The notes below the pieces were generated by a model. It had not been told where the DNA came from, searched no databases, and saw only the letters and a program-made list of their open reading frames with translations. From contig OX597835.1 in assembly GCA_951406725.2 (NCBI GenBank), positions 5,394,001 to 5,458,000 of the forward strand: 64,000 nt of DNA. Reading direction: 5' to 3'. Each line of letters begins with the position of its first letter. Position 1 is the first letter of the stretch. The DNA comes from Octopus vulgaris. Taxonomy: Eukaryota. Made by a program: the position numbers and the translations under genes. This document shows, one piece after another, positions 11,378-24,986 of the stretch.

Positions 11378-11720
11378 ATATATAAAATACTTAACCATAT
11401 CCCAAGAGGGGAGAACTTCAAGAATAATGGTTGTTAAGCACCATTAGGGAATAAGAGATTTTGAAATGGAGGTGAATCTAAAGAATAAAGAAAAAAAATG
11501 AATGAAACTAAGTGAAAGGGAAACTTCCTGCAGAGTCTTATTTGGTCTTCGTGATTTTTAGTGGAACCAAATCACAAAGGAAAAGCAATAAGGAAATTTG
11601 AAGCGACTGGAAACCTAAAAGTTGTTGTGTTTAGTATTGTTTGAGGAAAAGGATAGGAAAAAAAAAAAAAACATTAGCAGTACATAAGTTTATGTAAGTC
11701 TATGACACTTTCTCTGTCTG

Positions 11721-11784
<64 letters not shown>

Positions 11785-12012
11785 ACATCTGTGCATGTGT
11801 ATATATATATATATATGTATTCCTATATACATATAGGAATACACACACACACATATATATATGTATGTGTGTGTGTGTGTATGTGTGTGTGTGTGTGTCT
11901 CGAGGTGTGCTGGAGAATTTCTATTTTGGATATATTTGGGGTACTTAAGGGTGCTCATGACTCAGTGTTTGCTTCTTCTATGGGTATAAGTATTTAATTT
12001 ATTTCTTACCGT

Positions 12013-12137
12013 ATTTATCACTGACGAGGAGAAAATTCTTATGAATTAACTCTGAAATCGGGACCGATATGATAATAACGGAATTTTTTAGAAATTTCTG
12101 TCGGCTTACTTCGAGACACGTGCTTATAGTGATAAAT
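12013..12137 (+). ncRNA. Degenerate hammerhead-like motif with long stem II insertion
   Basis: atttatca-CTGACGA-GGAG-(~77 nt)-CTTC-GAGAC-ACGT-g...tgataaat; GAAAC is mutated to GAGAC and the cleavage triplet is unclear. Confidence 0.4.
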
Positions 12138-12354
12138 TATATGGTTATTGACGATCTGTCTATTTTCGGCATATTTGGCATTAGAAATTTTTTTCTTTTG
12201 CCCTTGTTTATAAGTTGTTTATAAATTCAACCTTTAAAGGTATTTTTAATATAGTGGCCATTGATAGAATTTTTTTCGAAACATTTTATCCTATATTATA
12301 TGAGGTAGCTAAGAAGTGAATGCAATTTTGTATCTATTTAGGAATGTTGTTATT

Positions 12355-12650
12355 TGTTCCTTCTCGAGCCATGTCTGGCTCATAAGGGCCGATTTCCCGG
12401 TTTCCTTGGCGTATAGGTTCCCCACCTGGACGGGGACGGCGGTCCGTCGCAGGTGAGCTGCAAGATGTATGAGGAAAGAGTGAGAGAAAGTTGTGGCGAA
12501 AGAGTCAGCAGAAGTTCGCCATTACCTTCTGTCGGAGCCGCGTGGAGCTTAGGTGTTTCGTTCATAAACACATACATCACCCGGTCTGAGATTCGAACTC
12601 GCGATCCCTCGACCGTGAGTCCGCTGCTCCAACCACTAGGCCTTGTGCAT
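12355..12650 (-). mobile_element. SINE family C
   Basis: Minus strand ggcctagtggttggagcagcggactc...gagttcgaatctcagaccggg (tRNA-like head); body aggaaagagtgagagaaagttgtgg shared with 39470 and 46165. Confidence 0.85.
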
Positions 12651-12960
12651 TCCAGTGAACAGTTAAGTCGATGAGTAGAATGAAAGAAATATCGATTATA
12701 ATGGGTTAAACTAAACAGAATAAACTGATGGAAATACTTTAACACAAACTAAACGAGGTAATTGCTTTCTAATGCATTATTGATGTTTATATGTATAGAG
12801 CGCCCTCTATCATGGTATCATGGCAAAAGAGTGGATAATTCTCTGAAGAACAAGTTGGGAAAATGTGTAAATATCTATTGTAAATATGTATACATATACA
12901 TACATGTATATAGATACATACATACACACATATATAGTTACATGTATATGTGTGACCTGC

Positions 12961-13003
<43 letters not shown>

Positions 13004-13078
13004 GTGAAGGGAAGAAATGGAGCCGAACGAAGATTTTGAATAATCCGTAACAAGATAATTCATTTATCCATTTCATTA

Positions 13079-13113
<35 letters not shown>

Positions 13114-14561
13114 TATTTTTTATGCTAAGGAAAATGTCGGAACAGATTCAAAAAACATTTTATTGACGTCGACGAGATAACGCTTAAGAAGATACTTATT
13201 AAGATGATAAATCCATTACACAATGCTGTATATTTTGGGGTGTTCGAATGACAAATATATTCTGTTATGTTTTGCAGAATGTTTAAGATTATAACGATAG
13301 ATGAGTCTTCTACCATATAAAGTGTGGGAAGTACACTGTTATGTATAATACAGAAGAAAATTGTAGCAGTTATTAGTCGTGTAATGATGTTTATATTATT
13401 ATTCAAAATATTTTTGGTGGTTATTAGTATACTCGTCGAAACATTTTACATTTATGGAAACTTGTTTTGAGATAAAGGTTAAATAAATGAAAAGTAGAGG
13501 GATATATGTGGCGATACGGTACGTATTGCGTTGGTTATGTAACAGAATATTTAGATGTACATAGGATAAAACGTGCGATGTCTATCGTGAGTTTTCAAAC
13601 GTTAAAATGATTGGTCATTTGTCGTGGGATTGTTTTGTATGTTGGATGAAATGCAATAACAATTATACAAGAGAAAGATTCATATCAAAAGTGACACCTA
13701 AGAGAACAGAAGTAATGGTGATAAAATTTAGCTATGACCAAATAGAATGCGAATAGAAAGCTTTATACATACAATAATATTGGATGAGATTTTTGAGTAA
13801 ATTTAGAGACATTTTAAATATTTAAATTATTCGAAATTATTATTTAAAGTTATTTTAGAGTAAAGTTGAAGACATTGTGTTCCAGCACAGGCTTTACTAC
13901 GAATTCATTCCAATTACGACTTAACCAGCACATCTACTCCTTTTGACATCAGAATAGAAACAATATGTCACTTTCGGCCCTCATTTGGAAATGAAAACTT
14001 AAAATCATCAACTCCAACGTTAGAATGTATTCAGTTGTCAGATAAATCCATTCATTTTTTTTCTAAGTAGCACTTCATCGTCAAATGTCTGAAAAGAGCT
14101 AAAATTTATTCAAATTTCAAAACGATGAATATAAGTTGGAAAGGAAGACTAGAGACATAAAAAATCACATTAAACTCTACGATGAAAGAATATTTTTCGT
14201 GTTATTTCAAATAACAGTGGAAAGAATTAAAATTACCGAAAAACAAATGAACGAATTAATGTCTGATAACGAAACAAAATAGACTCTTTTGCCAATCTAG
14301 CAAAGGAAAAAAGATCGACCAAATATGTGCGGCAAAGAAATTAGAAATTCTTTTTGTTAAAGTGTCTTTTCTAATGTATTTCATCTTTCCCAAAGACTAC
14401 ATCAAACATATCTCGATTTCAAATCTTGAATCTACCTTAACAGGTAAAAATCTAATGCAATGCAGAAACGCCAAGCATCTGTAAGTTCCAACGAATCCGT
14501 AATTTTCTTATAAAATTCTTATTCCATTTTACTCAATCAACTGAATCTATTTTATTTGATA

Positions 14562-14962
14562 CTGGCAGTATCGCCCGGTGTTGCTCGGGTTTGTAAGGGA
14601 AATAACTATATAAGCATTTTTAGAGATGTAAGTATAATAGCCATCTCAATATGGCTAACCACAAAGGGGGGTGGTGTTACTGTAGCTTTTTACGTTCTGA
14701 GATTTAATAATACATTTTTAGAGAGTTACTTCCCTTATATAATAGCAAAAAAAATGCATTAAAAATGGGAAAAAATGATGGTAAATTTTTTTTTAAATCG
14801 TAGACTCATCGTAGACGCGCGCTAATACCCAGAAGGGCTCGATATGAATCACGACTATAAGATACCCGCTTCTGGTTAAACTGCACCGCAAAATGTGGGA
14901 GTAGTTAGGAATCTAAATCGTAGGAGACAGACACTCACACAACTTCACTTTTATATATTTGA
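14562..14962 (-). mobile_element. Non-autonomous Helitron (copy 2)
   Basis: Near-identical to 9269-9667 over ~400 bp; 3' CTAG mutated to CCAG. Confidence 0.87.
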
Positions 14963-15174
14963 TACATTACATATCTATTCCAACAGAAAGAACTGCACTT
15001 CGTATCTTATTTATATTACTTTTGCACTAAAGTGACAACTAATTATTAGTTTGAACGCGATCGTTATTATTTGGCAAAACATACGTTTTTCTAAAGCTGA
15101 TAATCTATATTATATCATCTTTTTGGACTGGAACAACTATTTTTACTTTATTTTACCATTATGCTAAAAACGAT

Positions 15175-15231
<57 letters not shown>

Positions 15232-15313
15232 TATATAATATAATATAATATAATATAATATAATATGATATAATATAATATAATATAATATATATATATA
15301 ATATAATATAATA

Positions 15314-15370
<57 letters not shown>

Positions 15371-16176
15371 GTATATTAACCACGATACAGAAATTCTATT
15401 TGAACCTAGTCAAAAAGAATCTATCAATATTTCTCTCGCTTTTTACTTCATACATCGAAATATTTCATAAGACTACGAACATAATTTACTTTCAGCACCA
15501 ATATTCGAGTTCACCACTCAACACGTTTACGATAACTTTTTTTCCTCTTTGGCGCTCCACCTATCATCAGCTCTTTTAATCTATAATTTTTTTATCATTT
15601 GAAAACCCACACAATATCTTCTCTCTGTTTGTATTTATTTACATCAATTCATATTTTGCTTAACTTCTCACCTACATTGCTCAAATATTTTTAAAAAATA
15701 CATTTATACCATTTACACATTACAATGCTTCAAGCAAATTACAATACTCTTTTATCCCTCTTGCACTTTATATTACGCATAGAAATGTTAAATTAGACAA
15801 CCGATATGATATCTGTTATACCGCCATATTTGTTCCGTCGCTATTCACTTACCTGACCTTGGACACAAATCATTGATCTACAGATGCGAACCCTTTTGAC
15901 AAATATCGATATAAATATCATTACACAAATAATTATCCCCTTCAACCTCCTGTGGAATGCATCACATTAGAAAAATGTTGGAGTTTGCTTGAAGCGTTTC
16001 GGAATATGTAGAAAATCAGTATTGTAGAAGGAAAAAAAGCAACGCAAAATAAAACATTGATTAAATAAATAAATAAGTTATTGGGAAATTACTTCAGAAA
16101 TATTTAATTAGTCCTGATATTTCGAGTGAAAAATTCCTTTAGAAAGCTATGAAGAACAAGATATAGATAGACAGAC

Positions 16177-16251
<75 letters not shown>

Positions 16252-16505
16252 GATACAGGGAGTGAAAGAGAGAGAGTAAGAGTCGGGGTGTTGCGCGCTG
16301 TGTTACACTTCTACAAGAAACTGAATTATATATATTTTCAACATTTTATAACTTAGGAATCTGTTACATCATTTCAATTACAATTATATATATATATATA
16401 TATATATATTCTGAATTTATTTTATATGCATATACATACATATATACATTCATGTACACAAACATACATAGACACATACATTCAAGCACACGCACACGCA
16501 GATAG

Positions 16506-16582
<77 letters not shown>

Positions 16583-16699
16583 TACATATATATATATATA
16601 TATATATATAGTTCAAATTTACAGAAAACAGAAGAGGAAGACAGGTGTAAGAACAACAAGTAGGTACATTAGTTTAACGCTTGGGAAGAATGGAAAAGT

Positions 16700-16735
16700 C
16701 TTTTACGTTTCGAACCTACGCTCTTAGACAGAAAG
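16700..16735 (-). ncRNA. Degenerate minimal hammerhead-like motif lacking stem III
   Basis: Minus strand cttt-CTGTCTA-A-GAGC-gtag-GTTC-GAAAC-GTA-aaag; stems I and II intact, core mutated. Confidence 0.4.
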
Positions 16736-16981
16736 GATTAAAAATGAAAAAGAAAAAAAAATAAGGAGAGAGGAAAGATTGTAGGGATTAACGGTCCAAC
16801 ATGATGAAATAGCCAGCATAAAGATGGTGAATAAAAGGGAGATAATGACGGTGACCTGGTCGAACGAATTTACGCTTCTGTTTCCTCGCCCAAACACCTA
16901 ACCCTCTGGTTCACATTGGTCATATTTGCGCCAACGTTTCTGGTAATTACATATATAATATACACACAAGATATACACACG

Positions 16982-17055
<74 letters not shown>

Positions 17056-17269
17056 GTTAATCCAAACAAGAAAACACAAGAAAAACAAAAAAAAAAACAA
17101 CAACGTGAGGACGTGGAACAAATAAAGTATTATTGGACGCTCAGGAAAGAAGGAAAGAAGGAGGATTTAACGTTTCGAGCGGAGCTCTTCGTCGGAAACA
17201 TAGGAGAAGGAAAGATCCCGAGAAGGGAAGACAGAGGAAAAAAATCGCCAGCGGTACTCACGAGGTCAC

Positions 17270-17270
<1 letters not shown>
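17056..17270 (-). mobile_element. PLE-like terminal-repeat element flanked by (TA)/(CA)n
   Basis: Contains an HHR motif; its end gttaatccaaaca...cgtgaggacgtggaacaa recurs inverted at ~30975-31034. Confidence 0.6.
17166..17198 (-). ncRNA. Minimal hammerhead-like motif without stem III (palindromic AACGTT)
   Basis: Minus strand ttt-CCGACGA-A-GAGC-tcc-GCTC-GAAAC-GTT-aaa. Confidence 0.6.
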
Positions 17271-17319
<49 letters not shown>

Positions 17320-17354
17320 GTGTATGTATATAGTTAGTTTATTTAACCTCCATA

Positions 17355-17385
<31 letters not shown>

Positions 17386-18454
17386 CATGTTTTGTTTTTT
17401 TAAATGTTTAACTCTTTTCAAACCCAATCACTTACTAAATACAGATTTTTCAAATCAACAGAATTTAAGTTTTATTTATAAGAAAATTATCTAATTATCA
17501 ATAACTCTTTCATCGGTTTAACTTGTAGTTCAAACCTTATTTATTGTGTTACCAGCCATCTTTTATAACAATGGCGTCTCTAAACTCTACCTTTCATCCT
17601 GGACGCCTGCAGATAATGATTCCTTGCTAGCTTTCAGATCTTATTTGCTGGTCTGCTATAACTTATCAATGGTTGTTCAGGTCATAGCAAAGTCTCAATT
17701 TCATTACGACTATGGAAACTTTTCCATCAATTTCTCAGAATAATTAACCACACCGTTATTATCGTGTTGGTATAATGCCAGTTTGCTCTGAGGAAGAATA
17801 ATTGTTTCCATCTCTTAACAGTAAATGCTTTTGTGAAATATGGAAGATCGATTTCTAAGTTAGATTATAAGACAGACGATCCAATCAAGTCTATCAAAGC
17901 TTTGTATATAACTGGTATTTAGTTTGTTGCACCTCCGATGAATGTGGCCCCAAAGTTAACGGAATTTAAATCTAGGTTACAAAGGAGGAAAGATTTGACT
18001 AAATATGATGAGGCAATTTTTCCACTGATTATGAAAATCCACTGGCCATCCCTGAGAATACTCTCATTCTTTGGAAAAAAGTTATAGAATAGTGATTCTC
18101 AATGTAGGGTCCGCGAGACCGAAAGGATCGAGAGCTGTGATACTACAGATCCGTAAGCTGAGCCCCCAAACGTGCAGAGTTAAATGTGTGGCTACTCAAT
18201 TGCATATGACCATTCAGTTCCATAAAACTTTCAGTTGAGAGAGGAAACGAATAACAAAAAAAAAAAAAAGGTTTGTTGTTAATAAAATCAGCTTATTGAT
18301 CTAAGACCCGGTTTCGGCTGGAAATTTATTAAAATAAAGGAACTTGACTTAGTAAAAAGGCTGCGAACCCCTGCTGTTATTCACCCCGTCGACTCTTATT
18401 GACCCATTGACCTAACTGACCCAGTGATCCTTATTGAGCCATTGACTCTTATTT

Positions 18455-18522
18455 ATTTATTTATTGCCTACAAGGGGCTAAACATAGAGGGGACAAACAA
18501 GGACAGACAAACGGATTAAGTC
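18455..18522 (-). mobile_element. SINE family A 3' fragment
   Basis: acaaggggctaaacatagaggggacaaacaaggacagacaaacggattaagtc. Confidence 0.85.
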
Positions 18523-18771
18523 TTCTTCTTCTTCTTCTCCTTCTCCTTCTCCTTCTTCTTCTTCTTCTTCTTCTCCTCCTCCTCCACTTCTTCTTCTTCT
18601 TCTTCTTCTTCCTCACCTCCTCCTCCTCCACTTCTTCTTCTTCTTCTTCTCCTCCTCCTCTCCTCCACTTCTTCTTCTTCTTCTTCACCTCCTCCTCCTC
18701 CACTTCTTCTTCTTCTTCTTCTCCTCCTCCTCTTTTTCTTCTTCTTCTTCTTCTTCTTCTTCTTCTCCTCT

Positions 18772-18806
<35 letters not shown>

Positions 18807-18840
18807 TTCCACTTCTTCTTCTTCCCTTTCTTTCTCTCTT
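18521..18840. repeat. (CTT/CCT)n polypyrimidine tract, ~320 bp
   Basis: Read directly. Confidence 0.96.
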
Positions 18841-19120
18841 TTACAACGGTCTATGAAAAATATAGCGAAAGAGTGCGCACAGTGGTCCTTTCTTCTGAAA
18901 TTAAAGAGGAGTTAGGGGACAATAAACAATTCCACATAGAAAGACAAACAAACTGATATGGTATTGGAACCGTCCAAGAAGGAACCGATAGAGTTCTATA
19001 GAGCATGAAGTAAAAATAAAGAAGAAAAAACAACCGATTTATATGTTTCCCTTGGTCACTGTCTCTTCTTACTTACAAACACACACTGACACACAGACAC
19101 ACACACACACACACTAACAC

Positions 19121-19340
19121 ACAGACGTACAAATACATAGAAATACTAAGACGAATATACATACACACGCAGGCACTCACACACACACGTGCACATACAC
19201 ACGCACTGACGCACAGACGTACAAATACATAGGAATACTAAGACGAATATACATACACACGCAGGCACTCACACACACATGCACATACACATGCACTGAC
19301 GTACACAGACATCCAAATACATAGAAGTACTAAGATGAAC
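19121..19340. repeat. ~93-bp tandem repeat, ~2.4 copies
   Basis: acagacgtacaaatacatagaaatactaagacgaatatacatacacacgcaggcactc repeated at ~19122, 19214, 19305. Confidence 0.88.
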
Positions 19341-20057
19341 ACACACACACACACACACACACATTCAAAGAAAACTTTCCCCACTCCCACACAAACACTC
19401 ATTTCGCAGACAAACAGACAAATAGACTGGAAGAATTACGGCAGGGCAAATAAAACTAGCAGATGCACTGGTAAATTGTAATTTTAATACGTGAATAGCT
19501 GAATAGAGGAGTGTAATACAACATAGCAGAGACAAATATTAGAATAGACCCGGAGCTAGAATCATTGAATTGTAGAATGATATGTAATGAACGGTTACTT
19601 CAACAATTACACTGTGAACATAAACTCTCGATACACAGTTTTAACATTAGAGCTGATAATATTGCCTTTATTTAACTAATTATTGATCGTGGCCGACAGA
19701 TATATTAATGTTAGACGCAGATATAATGGAGGTGATGCGAGACATAACGTTCCCAGTCAGACATTCACTGAACGAATGCGAAAATTGATCAGATTCACTT
19801 AAACAATACTTGAAATAGAGATTGAAAAATAATGAAATAGGAATTTCGAATGTTTTGCACGTAAAGTTATCTTTCTCCCCACCTCTTTCCTTCCATACGT
19901 TTCTTTTCCATCTTTTAATCACCTCTCTCTCGAACACACACAGAAATACACACATATACACACACCCAGACACACGCACACACACATATACACACATATT
20001 TACATATAAGCAAATACGTTATACATTTATTTACATATACGCATACACATTATATAA

Positions 20058-20118
<61 letters not shown>

Positions 20119-20119
20119 C

Positions 20120-20237
20120 TAGGAAGAGTACTTCCCAACCACATAACTCTTGAGCATGCGAGTTCTACTAAAGCCTCGGGCCGACCAAAGCCTTGTGAGT
20201 GGATTTGGTTGACGGAAACTGAAAGAAGCCCGTCGTA
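20120..20237 (+). mobile_element. SINE family B fragment
   Basis: gcctcgggccgaccaaagccttgtgagtggatttggttgacggaaactgaaagaagcccgtcg. Confidence 0.85.
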
Positions 20238-20267
20238 TATATCTGTACATATATACATATCTATCTT

Positions 20268-20580
20268 TTACATGCTGGGGAAGTTCAGGAAGAAATTTCG
20301 TCGCAAAAGGCCAGGGCACCTTCACTAGGGCAATACACCAGTTCACAATGGTATCCTGGTAGCGAACTATTCGACAGAGATGGGCATCAAAACTCTTCCT
20401 CAGCCACCCACTACAATTCAGTACTTGACCCTTCCAACTTTTGGTTGTTCCTCAAGCTGAAGGATATAGAGGAAGTTATGACAAGGGTCCTGGACACCAT
20501 CACTTTTAGTGATGCACATGGGGCTTTCATGAAGTGGCTGAAGCGCTACAAGTAGATTGAAGCAAGCCCTGTAGGGATTC
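20268..20580 (+). mobile_element. Mariner transposase C-terminal remnant (degenerate)
   Basis: Broken translation KFRKKFRRKRPG...NTPVHNGILVANYSTEMGIKTLPQPP...PSNFWLFLKLK, homologous to the DNAPxH...YSPDLAPxDFxLF region. Confidence 0.8.
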
Positions 20581-20584
20581 CGAA

Positions 20585-20770
20585 GAACAAATCAAGTGAA
20601 AGCACGTTGAGAAATCAAGGTCATATATAAATGAATCAAATAGATGCAAGTAATGCGTTGCTGGAAGATCGCACAGTCTTTTCAGGTACAGGAATTCTAT
20701 CATACTGCTTAATTCCAGATCTGGAATTTTTTTAGCAAATGCAAGCAAACGGACAGGAGAGGTTTCCTTT
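20585..20770 (+). mobile_element. Penelope-like element GIY-YIG endonuclease C-terminal remnant
   Basis: Frameshifted translation VEKSRSYINESNRCK*CVA...LLNSRSGIF/SKCK resembles the PLE end motif RCxLCxxEK...LLNxRSE..SKCRH. Confidence 0.65.
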
Positions 20771-20834
20771 GTCACACAGAAGGACATCACCCGCTGCGAA
20801 CAGAGCCTCTATCTCACAGACTTTGGGTTCCTTA

Positions 20835-21066
20835 AGGCGGCGAGCCGGCAGAAACGTTAGCACGCCGGGCAAAATGCGTAGCCGTATTTCGTCTGCCGTT
20901 ACGTTCTGGGTTCAAATTCTGCCGTGGTCGACTTTGCCTTTCATTCTTTCGGGGTCGATAAATTAAGTACCAGTTACGCACTGGGGTCGATATAATCGAC
21001 TTAATCCGTTTGTCTGTCCTCGTTTGTCCACTCTGCGTTTAGCCCCTTGTGGGTAGTAAAGAAATA
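20835..21066 (+). mobile_element. SINE family A, full length
   Basis: Matches 6671-6901. Confidence 0.92.
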
Positions 21067-21393
21067 TATGATATTATTTTGCATTATCCAAACTAATTAC
21101 GGTTTCAAAATTCAAACAGGACCAAGATCTTGGTTTTTTTCACTTTTCTTGTATTTCTTCTCTTTCCACTTTCTGCAGCAACCTTCTTCGAGTTTTTTTC
21201 TCCAGCTTTTTTCTTCTCATTTTTCTCTCTCGTGTTTTCTCATAGTACAGCGTCCTGGTTTTAAATACATCTAAAGTTATCAACTCAACTTGAAAGATTG
21301 CTTGGGGATATATGGCAGGTTATATAAATCTGACAATTAATGCATCTTGAAGTATCAAACGATTAGTAGCTATTTTGTAATTGGGTTTATTAT

Positions 21394-21432
<39 letters not shown>

Positions 21433-21638
21433 CTAGTCTATGAATTAAAACTGACTAGTCTATGAATTAAAACTGACCCCATAAGGAAAAAAGACAGGCA
21501 GAGTCTTGATAATTTCAGTAACTTCTATGCTGAAGTAGAGACTATGTGTTCTTTGTCTATCTCCTTAACTTCTTGGAGATTTTATGTGTAGTTATACTAA
21601 TGTGTCTATCTATTCTAATTTAATTAAATTCTGTCTTT

Positions 21639-21727
21639 GTGCAACTGAAGATTGCTCTACATTTTAAATTGATGCAATGATTGCGTTGTGCAATTAAATG
21701 GAGTTGCATGAAACGATCGTACTGCAT
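21639..21727 (+). ncRNA. Type-I hammerhead ribozyme with extended stem II
   Basis: gtgcaa-CTGAAGA-t-TGC...(hairpin cattt..aattg/caatt..aaatg)...GCA-t-GAAAC-GATC-GTA-ctgcat; core intact; cleavage predicted after 21721. Confidence 0.78.
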
Positions 21728-21892
21728 TAACTCTGGATATCCTTGTTGCTTATTTTGATTTTAATCACCTTACTTTGAAATTGTATGGATAATACCGTAC
21801 TAAATTCTGGTGCCTCAACTTAAGTACCATAGTCATCTGAATCTAAATTTTTGTTTTTTATATATATATATATATATATATAAACACATACA

Positions 21893-21993
<101 letters not shown>

Positions 21994-22010
21994 TATACAT
22001 ATATATCTGC

Positions 22011-22056
<46 letters not shown>

Positions 22057-22772
22057 CTATATGTATATGTATATATACACAGACATACACATATGTATGT
22101 CTGTGTTCTACACAATTCCAACCAAATTCCAAATTCCGCTGAAAGGCATTGTACGACACAAAGTTACAATGAACAACACTACTCCAAGGAATCGTGCGGT
22201 TGGGTTGGATGGAATGCGAAGTCACGTGTTTTTGCAAAACCGAATTTCCTACCCACAATGCTTGCGTCCGTTCTAAGTATTTCCGATTCGTCTGTTTTGC
22301 CTTCATTCAGCATTTCTATACTCCGGCAGAAGCGATCGCACAACTTAACGCTTCGATATCCCCAGTCCATAAGAGAAGCCTACCGCTTTGTAATTCGAGT
22401 CGCTGAGCAGTGTCTGTCGAAGTTGATCGTTAGCTTCTCTACAATGTTTAGTCTGAACAATTCATTTTCGATTGTGTTTGTTTTATAGAGACGGCTAAAC
22501 TAGTTCCGGACTGGTTAATAGATTGCATTTTGGTTCTTTCAAACGACATTATTTATACATATGCTCGTACATACCCAGGGATACACGGTCAGACACGAAC
22601 ACACACACACACACGCATATGCATACACACACACGCATATGCATACATAGATACATATACATGTACATGCACACACATATGCCTTAATACACGTATGTAG
22701 TTAGCTCTGTCTTTAAGCTTCTCTGTCTTTTTTTCTCTCTTTATATATATATATATATATGAAAGAGAGTAT

Positions 22773-22815
<43 letters not shown>

Positions 22816-23417
22816 AATGTAAGAGTGCATGTATATATATATAAAGAATACACTATATTGTTTTGTGTCTGTATACACACACACATATACACATATATAA
22901 ACTATGTATACACGCACACACACACATGCACACACACACACACACACACACATACAAACACACACACACACACATATGTGTGTATATAAGCGGACACAAA
23001 GCAAGAGCATGAAAAAAGGTATGTATGTATGTATGTATGTATGTATATATGCATGTATGTATATATGTATGTATGTATATATGCATGTATGTATATATGT
23101 ACGTATGTATGTATATATGTATGTATGTATGTATGTATATATGTACGTATGTATATATGCATATATATGTGTGTGTGTGTGTGTGGTATGTATATACGAG
23201 TACTTATAATTTTTACTTTGTCAATACAAACTGTTTTTTTGTGCAGATGCACAAAAGATGGCGTGGCAACCAATTCCCTCTTGACTCTCACGTTTTATTG
23301 GTTTTTCTCGTTGGCTTTGTACATCCTCTCAGAAACACTCGCTTTGTTAAGAAGAAGGACAAACAGACAAGGAGAAAGGAATACGATGACAATAAATTGT
23401 ATGGAATTCACGCACGC

Positions 23418-23523
<106 letters not shown>

Positions 23524-23534
23524 ATATATATATA

Positions 23535-23692
23535 TAGGAGTGGCTGTGTGGTAAGTAGCCTGCTTACGAACGACGTGGTTCTGGGTTCAGTCCCACTGCG
23601 TGGAACCTTGGGCAAGTGTCTTCTACTATAGCCTCGGGCCGACCAAAGCCTTGTGAGTGGATTTGGTAGACGGAAACTGAAAGAAGCCCGTC

Positions 23693-23751
<59 letters not shown>

Positions 23752-23978
23752 CATATGTGTGTGTTTTTGTGTCTGTGTCTGTCCCCCCCCCAACATCACT
23801 TGACAACCGATGCTGGCGTGTTTACGTCCCCGTAACTTAGCGGTTCGGCAAAAGAGACCGATAGAATAAGTACTAGGCTTACAAAGAATAAGTCCTGGGG
23901 TCGATTTGCTCGACTAAAGGCAGTGCTCCAGCATGGCCGCAGTCAAATGACTGAAACAAATGAAAGAGTAAAAGAGTT
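23535..23978 (+). mobile_element. SINE family B, full length (tRNA head, CORE-like segment, internal (TA)/(TG)n, 3' tail)
   Basis: ggagtggctgtgtggtaag...gggttcagtccc (A/B boxes), accttgggcaagtgtctt, central microsatellite, tail cagtcaaatgactgaaacaa...aaaagag. Confidence 0.92.
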
Positions 23979-23990
23979 TTTATACATACA

Positions 23991-24067
<77 letters not shown>

Positions 24068-24420
24068 TCTGTGTGTATGCTTATTTGAGTTCGTTTAGAG
24101 TTGATACAGAGTGAACCAGTGGCCTGTTAAATGTGAACCGGTGGCGTGTTACTCTGCAGTTTCCCCTTACGCGTCGAGTCTTCAGACAGGAACAAGTCAT
24201 GCTTTTTCAAAATAGTTCTACATCGACCTTTATATACACGGACATAAAGCCATGGATCAAGTACACTATTAATCAATCGTTTATTGAAGATGCTATAATA
24301 TATAACAAGAAACTATTTGCAAATTCATACATACACAAACATATTAATGCTTATATATACGTACATATAAATACTTATATATACATACACATACATATAT
24401 ATGCATATGTGTGTATGTGC

Positions 24421-24458
<38 letters not shown>

Positions 24459-24724
24459 TGTATGTTTATACATATATAATATACTCTTTTACATATATAC
24501 ATATATATATTCTTTTATTCTTTTACTTGTTTCAGTCATTTGACTGCGGCCATGCTGGAGCACCGCCTTTTAGTCGAGCAACTCGACCCCGGGACTTATT
24601 CTTTTTGTAAGCCCAGTACTGATTCTATCAGTACTTATTCTAAGTTACGGGGACGTAAACACACCAGCATTGGTTGTCAAGCAATGCTAGGAGAACAAAC
24701 ACAGACACACAAACATATACACAC

Positions 24725-24775
<51 letters not shown>

Positions 24776-24776
<1 letters not shown>

Positions 24777-24986
24777 TTTATTTTAAGCAGCAGAAAATTC
24801 AACAAAATCTGTTACTCTGAGTTTCTCGTTGCCGTTCATCACAAAACTGTCTGATGAACGGCAACGAGAAACTCAGAGTAACAGATTTTGTTGAATTTTC
24901 TGCTGCTTAAAATAAAGCATATTACTCTACCACTGGTATTTGAGTACTCTTTTTTCCACCTTGTTTCACATTTATGTGTTTACTCC

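Noticed and set aside
13125-13406. 93-aa hydrophobic ORF on the minus strand
   Set aside because: Composition expected from AT-rich DNA; no recognisable domain or splice support.
22100-22555. Complex segment with [10 protein letters not shown]...DASIVGR, weakly like a Tc1 N-terminal HTH
   Set aside because: Similarity too weak, and no TIRs or catalytic motifs found.
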